DNA of 30,713 nt from positions 1 through 30,713 of the IMG/VR virus record IMGVR_UViG_3300025012_000235; one strand, 5' to 3'. Numbering within the stretch: position 1 is the stretch's first letter; each line of letters starts with the position of its first letter. Source of the stretch: a virus. Its lineage: Duplodnaviria > Caudoviricetes. This document shows positions 23,070 through 30,713 of the stretch, piece by piece. The notes beneath the pieces are model-generated. The model saw nothing but the letters and a program-made list of their open reading frames with translations. It had not been told where the DNA came from and made no database searches. A program made the position numbers and the translations under genes.

Positions 23070-23248
23070 CAGACCTTCCTGAATGCTCCGGATTCCACCA
23101 GCGCTTCGGCGTCCTCAGGACTGGTGTTGAACTCATCGCCAAGGGTGAAATGCACTCCCTTGACCCGCGTGTCCTGGACGCAGACGACGCGCACGCGCTC
23201 AGGCGTGGACGCCGTTGCTGCCGGCTGCTTCTTTGGCTTTGTCGCCAT
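23069..23248 (-). CDS. 59-aa head-associated small protein (..GDEFNTSPEDAEALVESGA)
   Basis: translated by hand; GGAGG RBS; motif typical of small genes following capsid genes. Confidence 0.7.
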   Translation of the reverse strand: MATKPKKQPAATASTPERVRVVCVQDTRVKGVHFTLGDEFNTSPEDAEALVESGAFRKV

Positions 23249-23426
23249 CGCTTTCCTCCTGTTTTGGTTGGTCCTCTACCTCCCAGCCCGTCTGGTTGAG
23301 CACAATCTGGGAGGGTATGACTTCACCGTTTCTGACCTGTTGTAGGAGCTGCATGGTCGAGGCGAAGAAGCCACGAAGCTCCTGCATTTGCTCGGCCTGC
23401 CGTCCAAACATTTCGTAGATGTTCAT
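23199..23426 (-). CDS. 75-aa hypothetical protein (MNIYEMFGRQ...)
   Basis: ATGA coupling to the glycosyltransferase stop. Confidence 0.7.
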   Translation of the reverse strand: MNIYEMFGRQAEQMQELRGFFASTMQLLQQVRNGEVIPSQIVLNQTGWEVEDQPKQEESDGDKAKEAAGSNGVHA

Positions 23427-24124
23427 GCAACCACCTGGAGCACTCTGGCCGAGTTGTGGGTGATCTCTACCCTCAAGTCCTTGTCGCTCGGCGGTTCCGT
23501 CAAGGAATCGATCATCCTGAAGTCGTAGGAGCCGCCGTGCCGCAATTTCGGCTTGGCCGCGATGTGGATCGGCAACCCTTTGGCCCGGTAGCAGAAAGCC
23601 CAGTCTTCCGACAGGTGCTCCCATCCCCGGTCCGTCTCTACGACCAACGGTGTGAACACTGGGTAGAAGTTCTGGATTACTAACGGCACCTGCTTGACGA
23701 TCTCGTTCACTACGTCCCTGTGGATGGCGATGAAGCCTGTCGGTACGAACGTCGCCGGTATGAGGCGGTCTTCGCCCACGAGAAAACGGCAGGGTTCCGC
23801 CATGTGAAAGGTGTGACCGGCACTGAACCCGCGCTTGGGATAGAGGCCGGCAACAATGCCGTGAGTCTCAGCCGCCTTCTCCGCGATGTAGCGAAGGTCG
23901 CCTTTCTCCCACTGCATGTCGTGGTCCACCATGAGCATTACGTCACCCGCATCCCTGTCGAGCCAGAAGTGAGTTGCCGCGTTGCTACGGGCGCGGTCGA
24001 TCAGTGCATCGTCCTGGGCTATCCCATGCACGAGTTCGGGCCAAGTGCGGGCCTCTTCGGAGACACAGAGGTGTGTCCTGCCGTTGAGACCCGCATAGGC
24101 GAAGACGTACAGGGTTGCCTTCAT
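23423..24124 (-). CDS. GT-A fold (GT2-like) glycosyltransferase
   Basis: LIDRARS, MVDHDM (DxD), TGFIAIHR, LSEDWAFC, LRHGG. Confidence 0.88.
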   Translation of the reverse strand: MKATLYVFAYAGLNGRTHLCVSEEARTWPELVHGIAQDDALIDRARSNAATHFWLDRDAGDVMLMVDHDMQWEKGDLRYIAEKAAETHGIVAGLYPKRGFSAGHTFHMAEPCRFLVGEDRLIPATFVPTGFIAIHRDVVNEIVKQVPLVIQNFYPVFTPLVVETDRGWEHLSEDWAFCYRAKGLPIHIAAKPKLRHGGSYDFRMIDSLTEPPSDKDLRVEITHNSARVLQVVA

Positions 24125-24127
24125 CGT

Positions 24128-24934
24128 TCAGCTCGTCGCAAAAACCAGCCCACCGACCGACTGGTCATAACGCATGTAGATCGCCGTGCCGGAGCTGTTG
24201 AGAAACTTCCAGAGCAAGGACTGGTCGGTATTGGATACCGTGGTCAGCACGCCCCTTGAGTCGATGATGGTGTCGAAGGACTCTGACGATTGATTGGTAG
24301 CGGAAGCCCCGAGGACGGCCGCCATCTTGACGACCGGCCCAGACACGCCTTCTTGCTGACCAAAGAACAGGTAAGAGCCAGCTGGAGTGACGGGGTTTCC
24401 CGCTGTCAGTGTCGAGCCGTCTTCCACCTGAACCTTAGAACGGACACCGGCCTGATAGGTGATCGTGCCCGTGTAGGCCGAGCTGTTGATGTTGATCTCG
24501 CCCGTCACACCAAAGGCAGCGGAGATGTTGCCCGTAGAAGTGGAAGCAATGTTGGCTCGCCCATTGATGCCTTCGAGCGTGCCTATCGCAACCGCGGCCG
24601 ACTGGCGGGCCGTGACCTCCATGCCCGAGAGGGTGGCCGAGTTGGCTACACCCTGGCGCACTTCTAGGAAGATGCCACGGCGAGTCGAGTTGCCAGTCTC
24701 GGCGAACGTCCAGCGAAGCTCCCACATTTCTCCAAGGGTGTAGGAGTCGGGGATCGTAATCGCCGCGCCAGCGTGGGAGCTGGTGCTGATGCGCCCGTTC
24801 TCATCGAAGATGTAGGGCGCTACCCCTGAAATGAGCTGGCCGGCGGACTGGTCCTCAGCGCGTAGCTGCAAGACGCCCGTGACGTTGGCGCCGGACGCGA
24901 CCGACCTGCTCCATGTGAATCCTCTGCGTGCCAT
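24128..24934 (-). CDS. putative head fibre / decoration protein
   Basis: 268 aa, S/T/G-rich with beta-helix-like repeats; AAGGAG RBS. Confidence 0.6.
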   Translation of the reverse strand: MARRGFTWSRSVASGANVTGVLQLRAEDQSAGQLISGVAPYIFDENGRISTSSHAGAAITIPDSYTLGEMWELRWTFAETGNSTRRGIFLEVRQGVANSATLSGMEVTARQSAAVAIGTLEGINGRANIASTSTGNISAAFGVTGEININSSAYTGTITYQAGVRSKVQVEDGSTLTAGNPVTPAGSYLFFGQQEGVSGPVVKMAAVLGASATNQSSESFDTIIDSRGVLTTVSNTDQSLLWKFLNSSGTAIYMRYDQSVGGLVFATS

Positions 24935-24965
24935 TTGTCTCTCCTTCCCCGATTAGGCGGGGACT

Positions 24966-24999
24966 TGAAAGGAAAGAGGGGGCGGGGAGCCCCCTTTCC
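24966..24999 (-). terminator. terminator-like hairpin after the capsid genes
   Basis: GGAAAGGGGGC-TCCCC-GCCCCCTCTTTCC followed by TTTC. Confidence 0.6.
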
Positions 25000-25002
25000 C
25001 TA

Positions 25003-25809
25003 CTACGCGGCCCAGTCGCGGTTGCCCTTCGCGGCGAAGTAGTCTACTTCGTCCAGGGTGTCGCCGGTCGAGGCGTCCACCATGAGCAGGAGCGGGTAGT
25101 ACAGCGCCGTCTGGTCGAGCGTGCCGGCCTTCATGTGCGCGATGAGGGTCAGACCCTCTTTGTTGGCCATCGACGTGTGCCCGAAGTAGCCCCTGGCAGC
25201 GCCGTCCGGGTCGATCTCAAGCCTGGCGATGTAGTACGAGTCCGCGGTCAACGTGGCGTTACACCTGACACCGAGGTCGCCCAGGGTGGTCGCGCCGCCG
25301 AGGGCGTACTTGAGCGCCGCCGTGGTCGATTCCGTACCGTCGAGCGATGAATGGAACCTGAAGTCGTCGGTAGTGGCCGTAGAGTCGGCGTAGAAGCCGA
25401 CCACGTTTCCGCCGTTGTTCGAGGTCAGGGTCGTGCCCGAAAGTGTGAACGGGTTAACCGTCTCCGAGAGGGACACGGTTTCCTGCCACCCGACGAAAAT
25501 CTGGAGGTCGGTCGCGGAACCCTTCTTGAACCGCGCCTCCATAGCAATCGGACCGTTGGTCGATGGCTGGAACACCATGCCGGTCGTGATGGCGATACCA
25601 TCACCAGCACCGGCCGCGCCTGAGAACGAGCCCACCCCCCCACTCTCATCGACAACGTTGACCCAGGCCACGTCGCCGCTGATCGCGATCAGGGTGAGGT
25701 CGTTGTAAAGCGTGCCGCCCGTGGCGTCCGAAATGGTGGCCGAGGCCTGGTAGCCGGCGAAGTCCTCGAAGATGGCCAGACGCCCGTAGGCAGATTGAAT
25801 GTTGGGCAT
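25003..25809 (-). CDS. putative capsid decoration protein (ConA/LamG-like beta-sandwich)
   Basis: FEDF..MEARFK..IFVGW..ARLEIDPDG pattern; directly after the capsid gene; AAGGAG RBS. Confidence 0.65.
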   Translation of the reverse strand: MPNIQSAYGRLAIFEDFAGYQASATISDATGGTLYNDLTLIAISGDVAWVNVVDESGGVGSFSGAAGAGDGIAITTGMVFQPSTNGPIAMEARFKKGSATDLQIFVGWQETVSLSETVNPFTLSGTTLTSNNGGNVVGFYADSTATTDDFRFHSSLDGTESTTAALKYALGGATTLGDLGVRCNATLTADSYYIARLEIDPDGAARGYFGHTSMANKEGLTLIAHMKAGTLDQTALYYPLLLMVDASTGDTLDEVDYFAAKGNRDWAA

Positions 25810-25844
25810 TTCTTACTCCTTGGGGGTCCTCCCCAAACTAGGAA

Positions 25845-26744
25845 CTAGCTGGTCGGCGACGTGGCATCGCTGAGATGCCGGTAGCAGAAGACCTGCGTAG
25901 TCCCGGACGTACCGGACTTGTTCTCCGCGAAGGCGAACTCGTCGGTCAGGGAGATCACGTCCGCGCCACCACCGAAGTAGATGTCGCGGTCGGTCTCTCG
26001 CTTGAGGGACATGCCCATGACTGAGTACACGCCTTCACGGGCGTGGGTGGCGCCGTTGGCGTCCGGGGTCGAGTCCACGGCGATGTTGCCGTCCTCGAAC
26101 ACCATCGAGCCTGACACCTGCCCCTGGAAGCCGTTGCGGAAGACCTGCTCGGTCATACCGGCCGGGATGGCGTAGGTGCCGATGGCCGTGACCTGTTCCA
26201 CTTGCAGGTCAAAGATTTGGAAGCCGTGCAACACCGTGGAGACCGGGGTCATGGCCGGTTCCGTGGTGTTCGACCGGGCGTTGGCCACGGCCGCCGAGAT
26301 GTAGCCGGAGGCCATCGGCTGACCCGTCCCAGGAGAGTTGGTGGTCGCGAAAGTGGTGAACGTGGCCAGGTAGTCCTTGTTCTTCTTGCGCTCCATCGCG
26401 TTACCGGCCGCAGGCCCCATCAGGGAGGTCACGTTCTTGGAGACCTTGCGATAGGTCTTGTCCGTGACCTTGATGATCACCTGGGTCATCTGCGGTTCCG
26501 TGGACTGGACCGAGCCGGAGAACTGCTGGAAGTTGCTGTTTGTCTGGGTCTCTGTGATGTTCTCGGCGTCGATCTGGTTCAGCGTGTACCAGTTGAACTC
26601 ATCGCCAGTGCCTTCCGGCTGGCGCTTGACTGTGGTAGTGCGCTCCCAAGTGCCGCTCTTCTGCTCACGAATCCGGCGAGCGTCCGCGTAGATGGTGGGC
26701 AGGGCATTGCTCAGGGAGCCACTGGTGGTTTCACCTGTCGCCAT
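25845..26744 (-). CDS. major capsid protein (HK97 fold)
   Basis: 299 aa; AAGNAMERKKNKDYL backbone helix, VLHGFQIFDL, GQVSGSMVFEDGNI; follows the scaffold-like gene. Confidence 0.85.
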   Translation of the reverse strand: MATGETTSGSLSNALPTIYADARRIREQKSGTWERTTTVKRQPEGTGDEFNWYTLNQIDAENITETQTNSNFQQFSGSVQSTEPQMTQVIIKVTDKTYRKVSKNVTSLMGPAAGNAMERKKNKDYLATFTTFATTNSPGTGQPMASGYISAAVANARSNTTEPAMTPVSTVLHGFQIFDLQVEQVTAIGTYAIPAGMTEQVFRNGFQGQVSGSMVFEDGNIAVDSTPDANGATHAREGVYSVMGMSLKRETDRDIYFGGGADVISLTDEFAFAENKSGTSGTTQVFCYRHLSDATSPTS

Positions 26745-26755
26745 GTCTTACTCCG

Positions 26756-27583
26756 TTACTGACCGCGCCTGCGGTCGAGAATTGCGTTGACTGTTTCGAT
26801 GGGCGTGGCTGGGTCAAGCAGCAACTCATCGTCACTCTTGTAGTTCCCGCTCCCGTCACGCCGGCTCTGAGGTGAACCCTTTGAGCCCTGGGACAGGTAC
26901 TTGTCCGGGTTCTCAATAAAGCGCTTACGGGCCTCACGCAAGGCGTCCTGGGTGCGCTTGGCAGCCTCAGCTTCAGAGACAAAGCCCTTGCGGGCCTGCT
27001 CCTGGCGCGTAGGCTCCATCTCGTCCAGGGCCGCGGCCAGCATCTCGCGGGTGCTGCCAAATCGACGGCGCAGAAATGCCTCACCCTTCTCGGGAGAAGT
27101 CTTTTCGGCAATCTCCACCGCCATCTGGCCTTTTACGCCTTCCGCGAAGATGCGCTGGTATACGCCGTGCGTGGTGTCGAAATAGCCGCTGATGAGCTGG
27201 GCTTTCTCGTCCGGCGTGTAATCGTCGGAGAGAGTCACCTGTCGCGCTGCCTGCGCCGCCTGGATGTAGAAATCTCGGGCGGCTTTCAGGCGCCCTGTTT
27301 CCTCCGCTTCGGCGGCGCGTTCGCGCTGCTCTTTCTGAGTCCGTTCCAGGACTTCGCGCCCAGCGGCCTCACGTTCGGCCTTGATACGCGCTTCTACAGC
27401 AGCCGCTTCCGGGTCGCTGTCTGTGCCTTCAGCGTCAGGAGACTGTACCGGTTCGGCCTGGGACTCAGGGACATCCGACATCAACCCACGGTCGATGCCG
27501 TCAATACCTGGGTCTGTACCTTCTCCGGCCTGGGTTTCCGTGGCCTCGGTCTGGGTTAGCTCCGGTGCATTTGCGGTAACCAA
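26756..27583 (-). CDS. capsid scaffolding protein (putative)
   Basis: acidic disordered N-terminus, coiled coil, directly upstream of the capsid gene; TTG start with GAGGG RBS. Confidence 0.75.
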   Translation of the reverse strand: MVTANAPELTQTEATETQAGEGTDPGIDGIDRGLMSDVPESQAEPVQSPDAEGTDSDPEAAAVEARIKAEREAAGREVLERTQKEQRERAAEAEETGRLKAARDFYIQAAQAARQVTLSDDYTPDEKAQLISGYFDTTHGVYQRIFAEGVKGQMAVEIAEKTSPEKGEAFLRRRFGSTREMLAAALDEMEPTRQEQARKGFVSEAEAAKRTQDALREARKRFIENPDKYLSQGSKGSPQSRRDGSGNYKSDDELLLDPATPIETVNAILDRRRGQ

Positions 27584-27648
27584 AAGAAAAGGCCCTCAAG
27601 CTGGTCCGCGCTTAAGGGCCTCGACGCGGTGCTGGGGCCTCGGTGGTC
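27581..27648 (-). promoter_or_regulatory. RBS-sequestering, terminator-like hairpin with GAGNNCC repeats
   Basis: AGGCCCUUAAGC-8nt-GCUUGAGGGCCU then UUUCUUUUG; GAGGCCC twice, GAGGGCC, GACCACC. Confidence 0.75.
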
Positions 27649-27661
27649 TATTCGATTGGCG

Positions 27662-27862
27662 CTAGTTTAGCACAATTCCGTCCTCTATTTCACGGATGTT
27701 GTAAGACCCGCAACGCGGGCAGGGAAGGAATAGCGTAGCCTTGCCCTCAATTGCGGCGCGAAGCAAGAGCCGCCGCTGGCCGTTCGGCATACAGGCGCTC
27801 GACCAGCAGCGCACTTCCACCACCGCGGCAATCATAGGCTCAGGCTTCGCCACCGCTACCAT
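27662..27862 (-). CDS. Mu Com-like zinc-ribbon regulator
   Basis: EVRC-x4-C..RLLL..CPRCGSYN, 66 aa. Confidence 0.7.
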   Translation of the reverse strand: MVAVAKPEPMIAAVVEVRCWSSACMPNGQRRLLLRAAIEGKATLFLPCPRCGSYNIREIEDGIVLN

Positions 27863-27864
27863 CT

Positions 27865-30393
27865 CTATGCGGCCCTCAGCGGGTCGGCTTTGTGCATGGC
27901 CTTCCTCAGCATCCTCAGCGGGTCACGGCGCATGTCTACCGGCAGCATCACCATTGGCGCCGCGAACGGGTCCAATCCCATTCCTCGCTGTTGATAAGCC
28001 TGTAAGCCCGCCTGCTCTTGCATCCTGCCCATCTGGGGGTCAGGAGCGCCGCCGAACGCTATCTGTTCGCCTGGGGAAGCAGTGCCGTAGGGGATACCCG
28101 AAGCCGCCCCTTCGAGCACGATAGGCTCAGGCAGCGTCAGCATCCCAGGGTTCGCGAAGGAAGCAATGCCCCGCTCGCGGTAGGCGTCAAAAGGCAACCG
28201 TGATGGAGCCTCTCCCGCCGTACTCATACCCGAATCCAGCCCCGAGGTGTTGCGATAGGGGACGCCCCGGATCAGGCCCAGGATCAGGCCTGTCAGCTCC
28301 GGGCCAAGTTGGGAGAGGGTCCGAGCCATCTGCTGGACGGCTGTCGGCGGCGTGCCCGCTATAGGCGTCCCCGGCCGCCAACTGAAGGTAGACAGGTCCG
28401 GGTTCGACCGCAAGAAGCTGGTGAGGTACTGGGCCGTCCGCTCCTCCTCACGCTGCTCCCTGGCCGCTCGGTACGCCTCAGCCTCTGCCCTGCCTCGCGG
28501 CCGGTCCAGTTCCGACTCAGGCTCAAGCGGCTCCGCGAACGGTGTCTCGCCCCCTGGAAAGACCAGGTCAAGCAGCTCGTTCCAGTTCGCGGCGGGGAAG
28601 GCCCCAAGCCTGCTATCCATGCCGCCTGGCTGAGAAAGGGCCGTCCGCAGCCGCATGGCCGGCGTGTTACGCAGAGGGTCCTGGCCGATGATTGCGGGAT
28701 TCGAGGTCGCGGTGGCCTGGGCCCGTTGCTGGGGAGACCTAGACGGGGCAGCGGGCTCCTCAATGTCGGAAGAGGCCGAGGCCGCGGGAGAGCCACCCAG
28801 GGCCGCGATCAAGGCTGCTATCTGTGGGTTCTGCTGGGTGGCCGGCGATCCTATCTGCATCGAGCCCGGCAGGGCAAAGCTGGGCAGGTTGTCGAGGTTG
28901 TAGAAGTCCCGGGCCTGAATCCCCTCGTAACCCATAGCGCGGCCAAAGGCGTCAGCCACGGGGGCGGGATAGCCAGGGGCCGCCGCGAATGGGTCGATAC
29001 CGCCGCCTCTCACCTGGCCCTGGGCGGAACCCGAGGGAGTAGGGTAACCCGCCGTAGCCTGTCCGGCTCCACCGGCTCCCTGGCCTTGCTGGGCGAAGCG
29101 CTTGAAGAAGGCCGATAGCTCCTGTGCCGGGGTCAGCGGCGCGGACGGTGCAAAAGAGCCACCTGTAGAGGTGACGGCGCCTTCCTGGAAGGGACTCGCG
29201 GCCTGGCCGGATCGATAAGCCTGGACCTGGAGCAAGGCCTGGAGCCAGGCCGGCAGGGCCTCGACTTCGACCGCGCCAGGCTCGGCAAACGAGCGCATCC
29301 CGCCCATCATGCGGCGCATCTTCTCCTCCATGGGCATGTCCACCATCGCACTGCCCCCGGAGGCGAAGGACGGCAATCCCTCTCGGTCGATCTTTTCGAG
29401 CGCAAAGGGATCGACCTCGCCCCGCTGGTTCTTGGGCGGGCCGTAAAGCTGATTCTGGTATCCCTGGAAACTCGGGTCCTCCAGCGGGTCAACGGTCATG
29501 CCCGCCTCGGCCAGCATGCGTTGCAAGTACGCGGCTACCTTCTTAGGGTCGGTGATTTCAGCCGGCACCCTGGGCCTCAGGTACTTGATCAGCTCGGCTG
29601 CGGAAGCGATCTGATCCGCCGTCATGTTCCGCGGTGAAATCATGGCCTGGCCGAGTATCGAAGAATCGTAGCCGCGCTGCCCACCTGAGATGCCCGTATA
29701 CTCGATGGCCTTCCGGCGCATCCAGGCGGCGTCCATGATCTCGCCGAAGCCCGTCGAGGTGTTGCCTTCAACCGGCGTGCCGTCCGCCGTATACCCCTTG
29801 CCCGTATCCGGGTCGATGCGGGCCACGAATGAAGGGATGTAGATGTTCTTCGAAGGATCGGCCCCAATGACCTGCCGGTCGCCCGCGTTCGTGCGGCCAA
29901 TCGTGCCCGGCGTGCCAGTGGCGAATGGATCGATCCCTTGGCCCGCAAGCCCCGGCACCTGGATTTCCCGGCCCTGGGAGGGTGTGCCCTTAATGGCCGA
30001 GATCGTGTCCATCGTCTCTTCGAGCTTCGTGCGCTTGCGGGCAACCGGTGCCGCTTCCTCCGGCTCCAGGTCATACTCGGGCGTGCGCGTCAGCGCCCCG
30101 TTCGCGGCCTCACGGTAAGCCTTAGTGCCCTTGTAAACGATGTCCTTGGGCGGCTTGGTTGAGCCGCCTGAAGAGCCCGTACCGCCGAGGTCGTTGTCCG
30201 CGAACGAGCCCTCCAGGCTCTGGCCGGTGTCGCCGTTGACGACGTAGAGCGAGCCATCGGCCCGCTTGTACATCTTGTACGAGACACCCTTGATCGTCTT
30301 GGTATCGACCAGGGTATCCTTTGCATTCTCATGGCCGGCAGCCTGAGCCTCTGGAGACTTCGGATCGGGATACAAGTTGCTTAGGTGAGGCAT
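27865..30393 (-). CDS. putative internal virion / DNA-ejection protein
   Basis: 842 aa, rich in G/A/P/Q, no Cys, repeated SFAxxG and DPFA motifs; AAGGAGG RBS. Confidence 0.65.
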   Translation of the reverse strand: MPHLSNLYPDPKSPEAQAAGHENAKDTLVDTKTIKGVSYKMYKRADGSLYVVNGDTGQSLEGSFADNDLGGTGSSGGSTKPPKDIVYKGTKAYREAANGALTRTPEYDLEPEEAAPVARKRTKLEETMDTISAIKGTPSQGREIQVPGLAGQGIDPFATGTPGTIGRTNAGDRQVIGADPSKNIYIPSFVARIDPDTGKGYTADGTPVEGNTSTGFGEIMDAAWMRRKAIEYTGISGGQRGYDSSILGQAMISPRNMTADQIASAAELIKYLRPRVPAEITDPKKVAAYLQRMLAEAGMTVDPLEDPSFQGYQNQLYGPPKNQRGEVDPFALEKIDREGLPSFASGGSAMVDMPMEEKMRRMMGGMRSFAEPGAVEVEALPAWLQALLQVQAYRSGQAASPFQEGAVTSTGGSFAPSAPLTPAQELSAFFKRFAQQGQGAGGAGQATAGYPTPSGSAQGQVRGGGIDPFAAAPGYPAPVADAFGRAMGYEGIQARDFYNLDNLPSFALPGSMQIGSPATQQNPQIAALIAALGGSPAASASSDIEEPAAPSRSPQQRAQATATSNPAIIGQDPLRNTPAMRLRTALSQPGGMDSRLGAFPAANWNELLDLVFPGGETPFAEPLEPESELDRPRGRAEAEAYRAAREQREEERTAQYLTSFLRSNPDLSTFSWRPGTPIAGTPPTAVQQMARTLSQLGPELTGLILGLIRGVPYRNTSGLDSGMSTAGEAPSRLPFDAYRERGIASFANPGMLTLPEPIVLEGAASGIPYGTASPGEQIAFGGAPDPQMGRMQEQAGLQAYQQRGMGLDPFAAPMVMLPVDMRRDPLRMLRKAMHKADPLRAA

Positions 30394-30412
30394 GGCGGGA
30401 TGCCCTCCTTCT

Positions 30413-30535
30413 TTACCTGATTAGCCACCTTACAAAATCCGCGATGATCATCGCTGTGAGGATCACGATAGGCGTGAGAAAGAACGCCACCAGGGCATAG
30501 GCGCCGAGCTTTTGACTGGTTTTGGGGTACTTCAC
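30413..30535 (-). CDS. 40-aa single-pass membrane peptide
   Basis: GTGA coupling, AGGAG RBS, LGAYALVAFFLTPIVILTAMIIA. Confidence 0.7.
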   Translation of the reverse strand: MKYPKTSQKLGAYALVAFFLTPIVILTAMIIADFVRWLIR

Positions 30536-30713
30536 CGCGCTCCTACCTTCTGTCGCTTCTCGATTTCTTCGACCAGGTACTTTGGCGGGGAAGTCCAGCC
30601 ATGATAATTCCATTTGAGCAGTAAGGGCACTAGCTCCTGGTGCTGGGCAAGGTAGACAGACCGGGAGATGCGTTCCATTTCTGCCAGCGAAAGGCCGTTC
30701 TGGAGCGGCTGGT
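30532..30713 (-). CDS. C-terminus of an upstream protein, probably another internal virion protein
   Basis: open frame ..RSVYLAQHQELVPLLLKWNYHGW..KVGAR* from the window edge. Confidence 0.6.
   Translation of the reverse strand, partial: QPLQNGLSLAEMERISRSVYLAQHQELVPLLLKWNYHGWTSPPKYLVEEIEKRQKVGAR

Noticed and set aside
25818-25840. Small hairpin between the capsid and decoration genes as a readthrough or frameshift signal
   Set aside because: No slippery sequence was seen, a second in-frame stop follows closely, and the downstream gene has its own RBS.
1-30713. Integrase/att sites, terminase, portal, tRNA, reverse transcriptase/DGR, IS elements
   Set aside because: No supporting motifs or repeats were recognised; the lifestyle (temperate or lytic) cannot be decided from this window.

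Overview
This ~30.7 kb, GC-rich window is a segment of a tailed phage or prophage genome, coded almost entirely on the minus strand. The virion genes look podovirus-like. The host is probably a Chloroflexota bacterium, inferred from the DnaD-type tail of the replication initiator. Reading the minus strand from right to left, the order is: internal/ejection proteins, a Com-like zinc-ribbon gene with a hairpin, scaffold, major capsid protein, decoration proteins, a glycosyltransferase, many small genes, tail adaptor/nozzle-like proteins, and a putative lysis block containing a secreted Zn metalloprotease. An AT-rich divergent control region follows (~11115-11408), then an early/replication block: annealing protein, VRR-NUC nuclease, N4C/N6A methyltransferase, DUF5131, initiator with iterons, and an SLT-like transglycosylase. 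No integrase, terminase, portal, tRNA or CRISPR array was seen. The top observation is a complete HNH endonuclease gene nested in the +1 frame inside the methyltransferase, whose own frame stays open with no intron or intein, suggesting a splicing-free overprinted homing endonuclease. Several other genes are nested in the +1 frame in the same way. A Com-like regulator sits next to GAGNNCC repeats and a hairpin that hides the scaffold ribosome-binding site (RBS). All family calls come from recognising motifs by eye, not from database searches.
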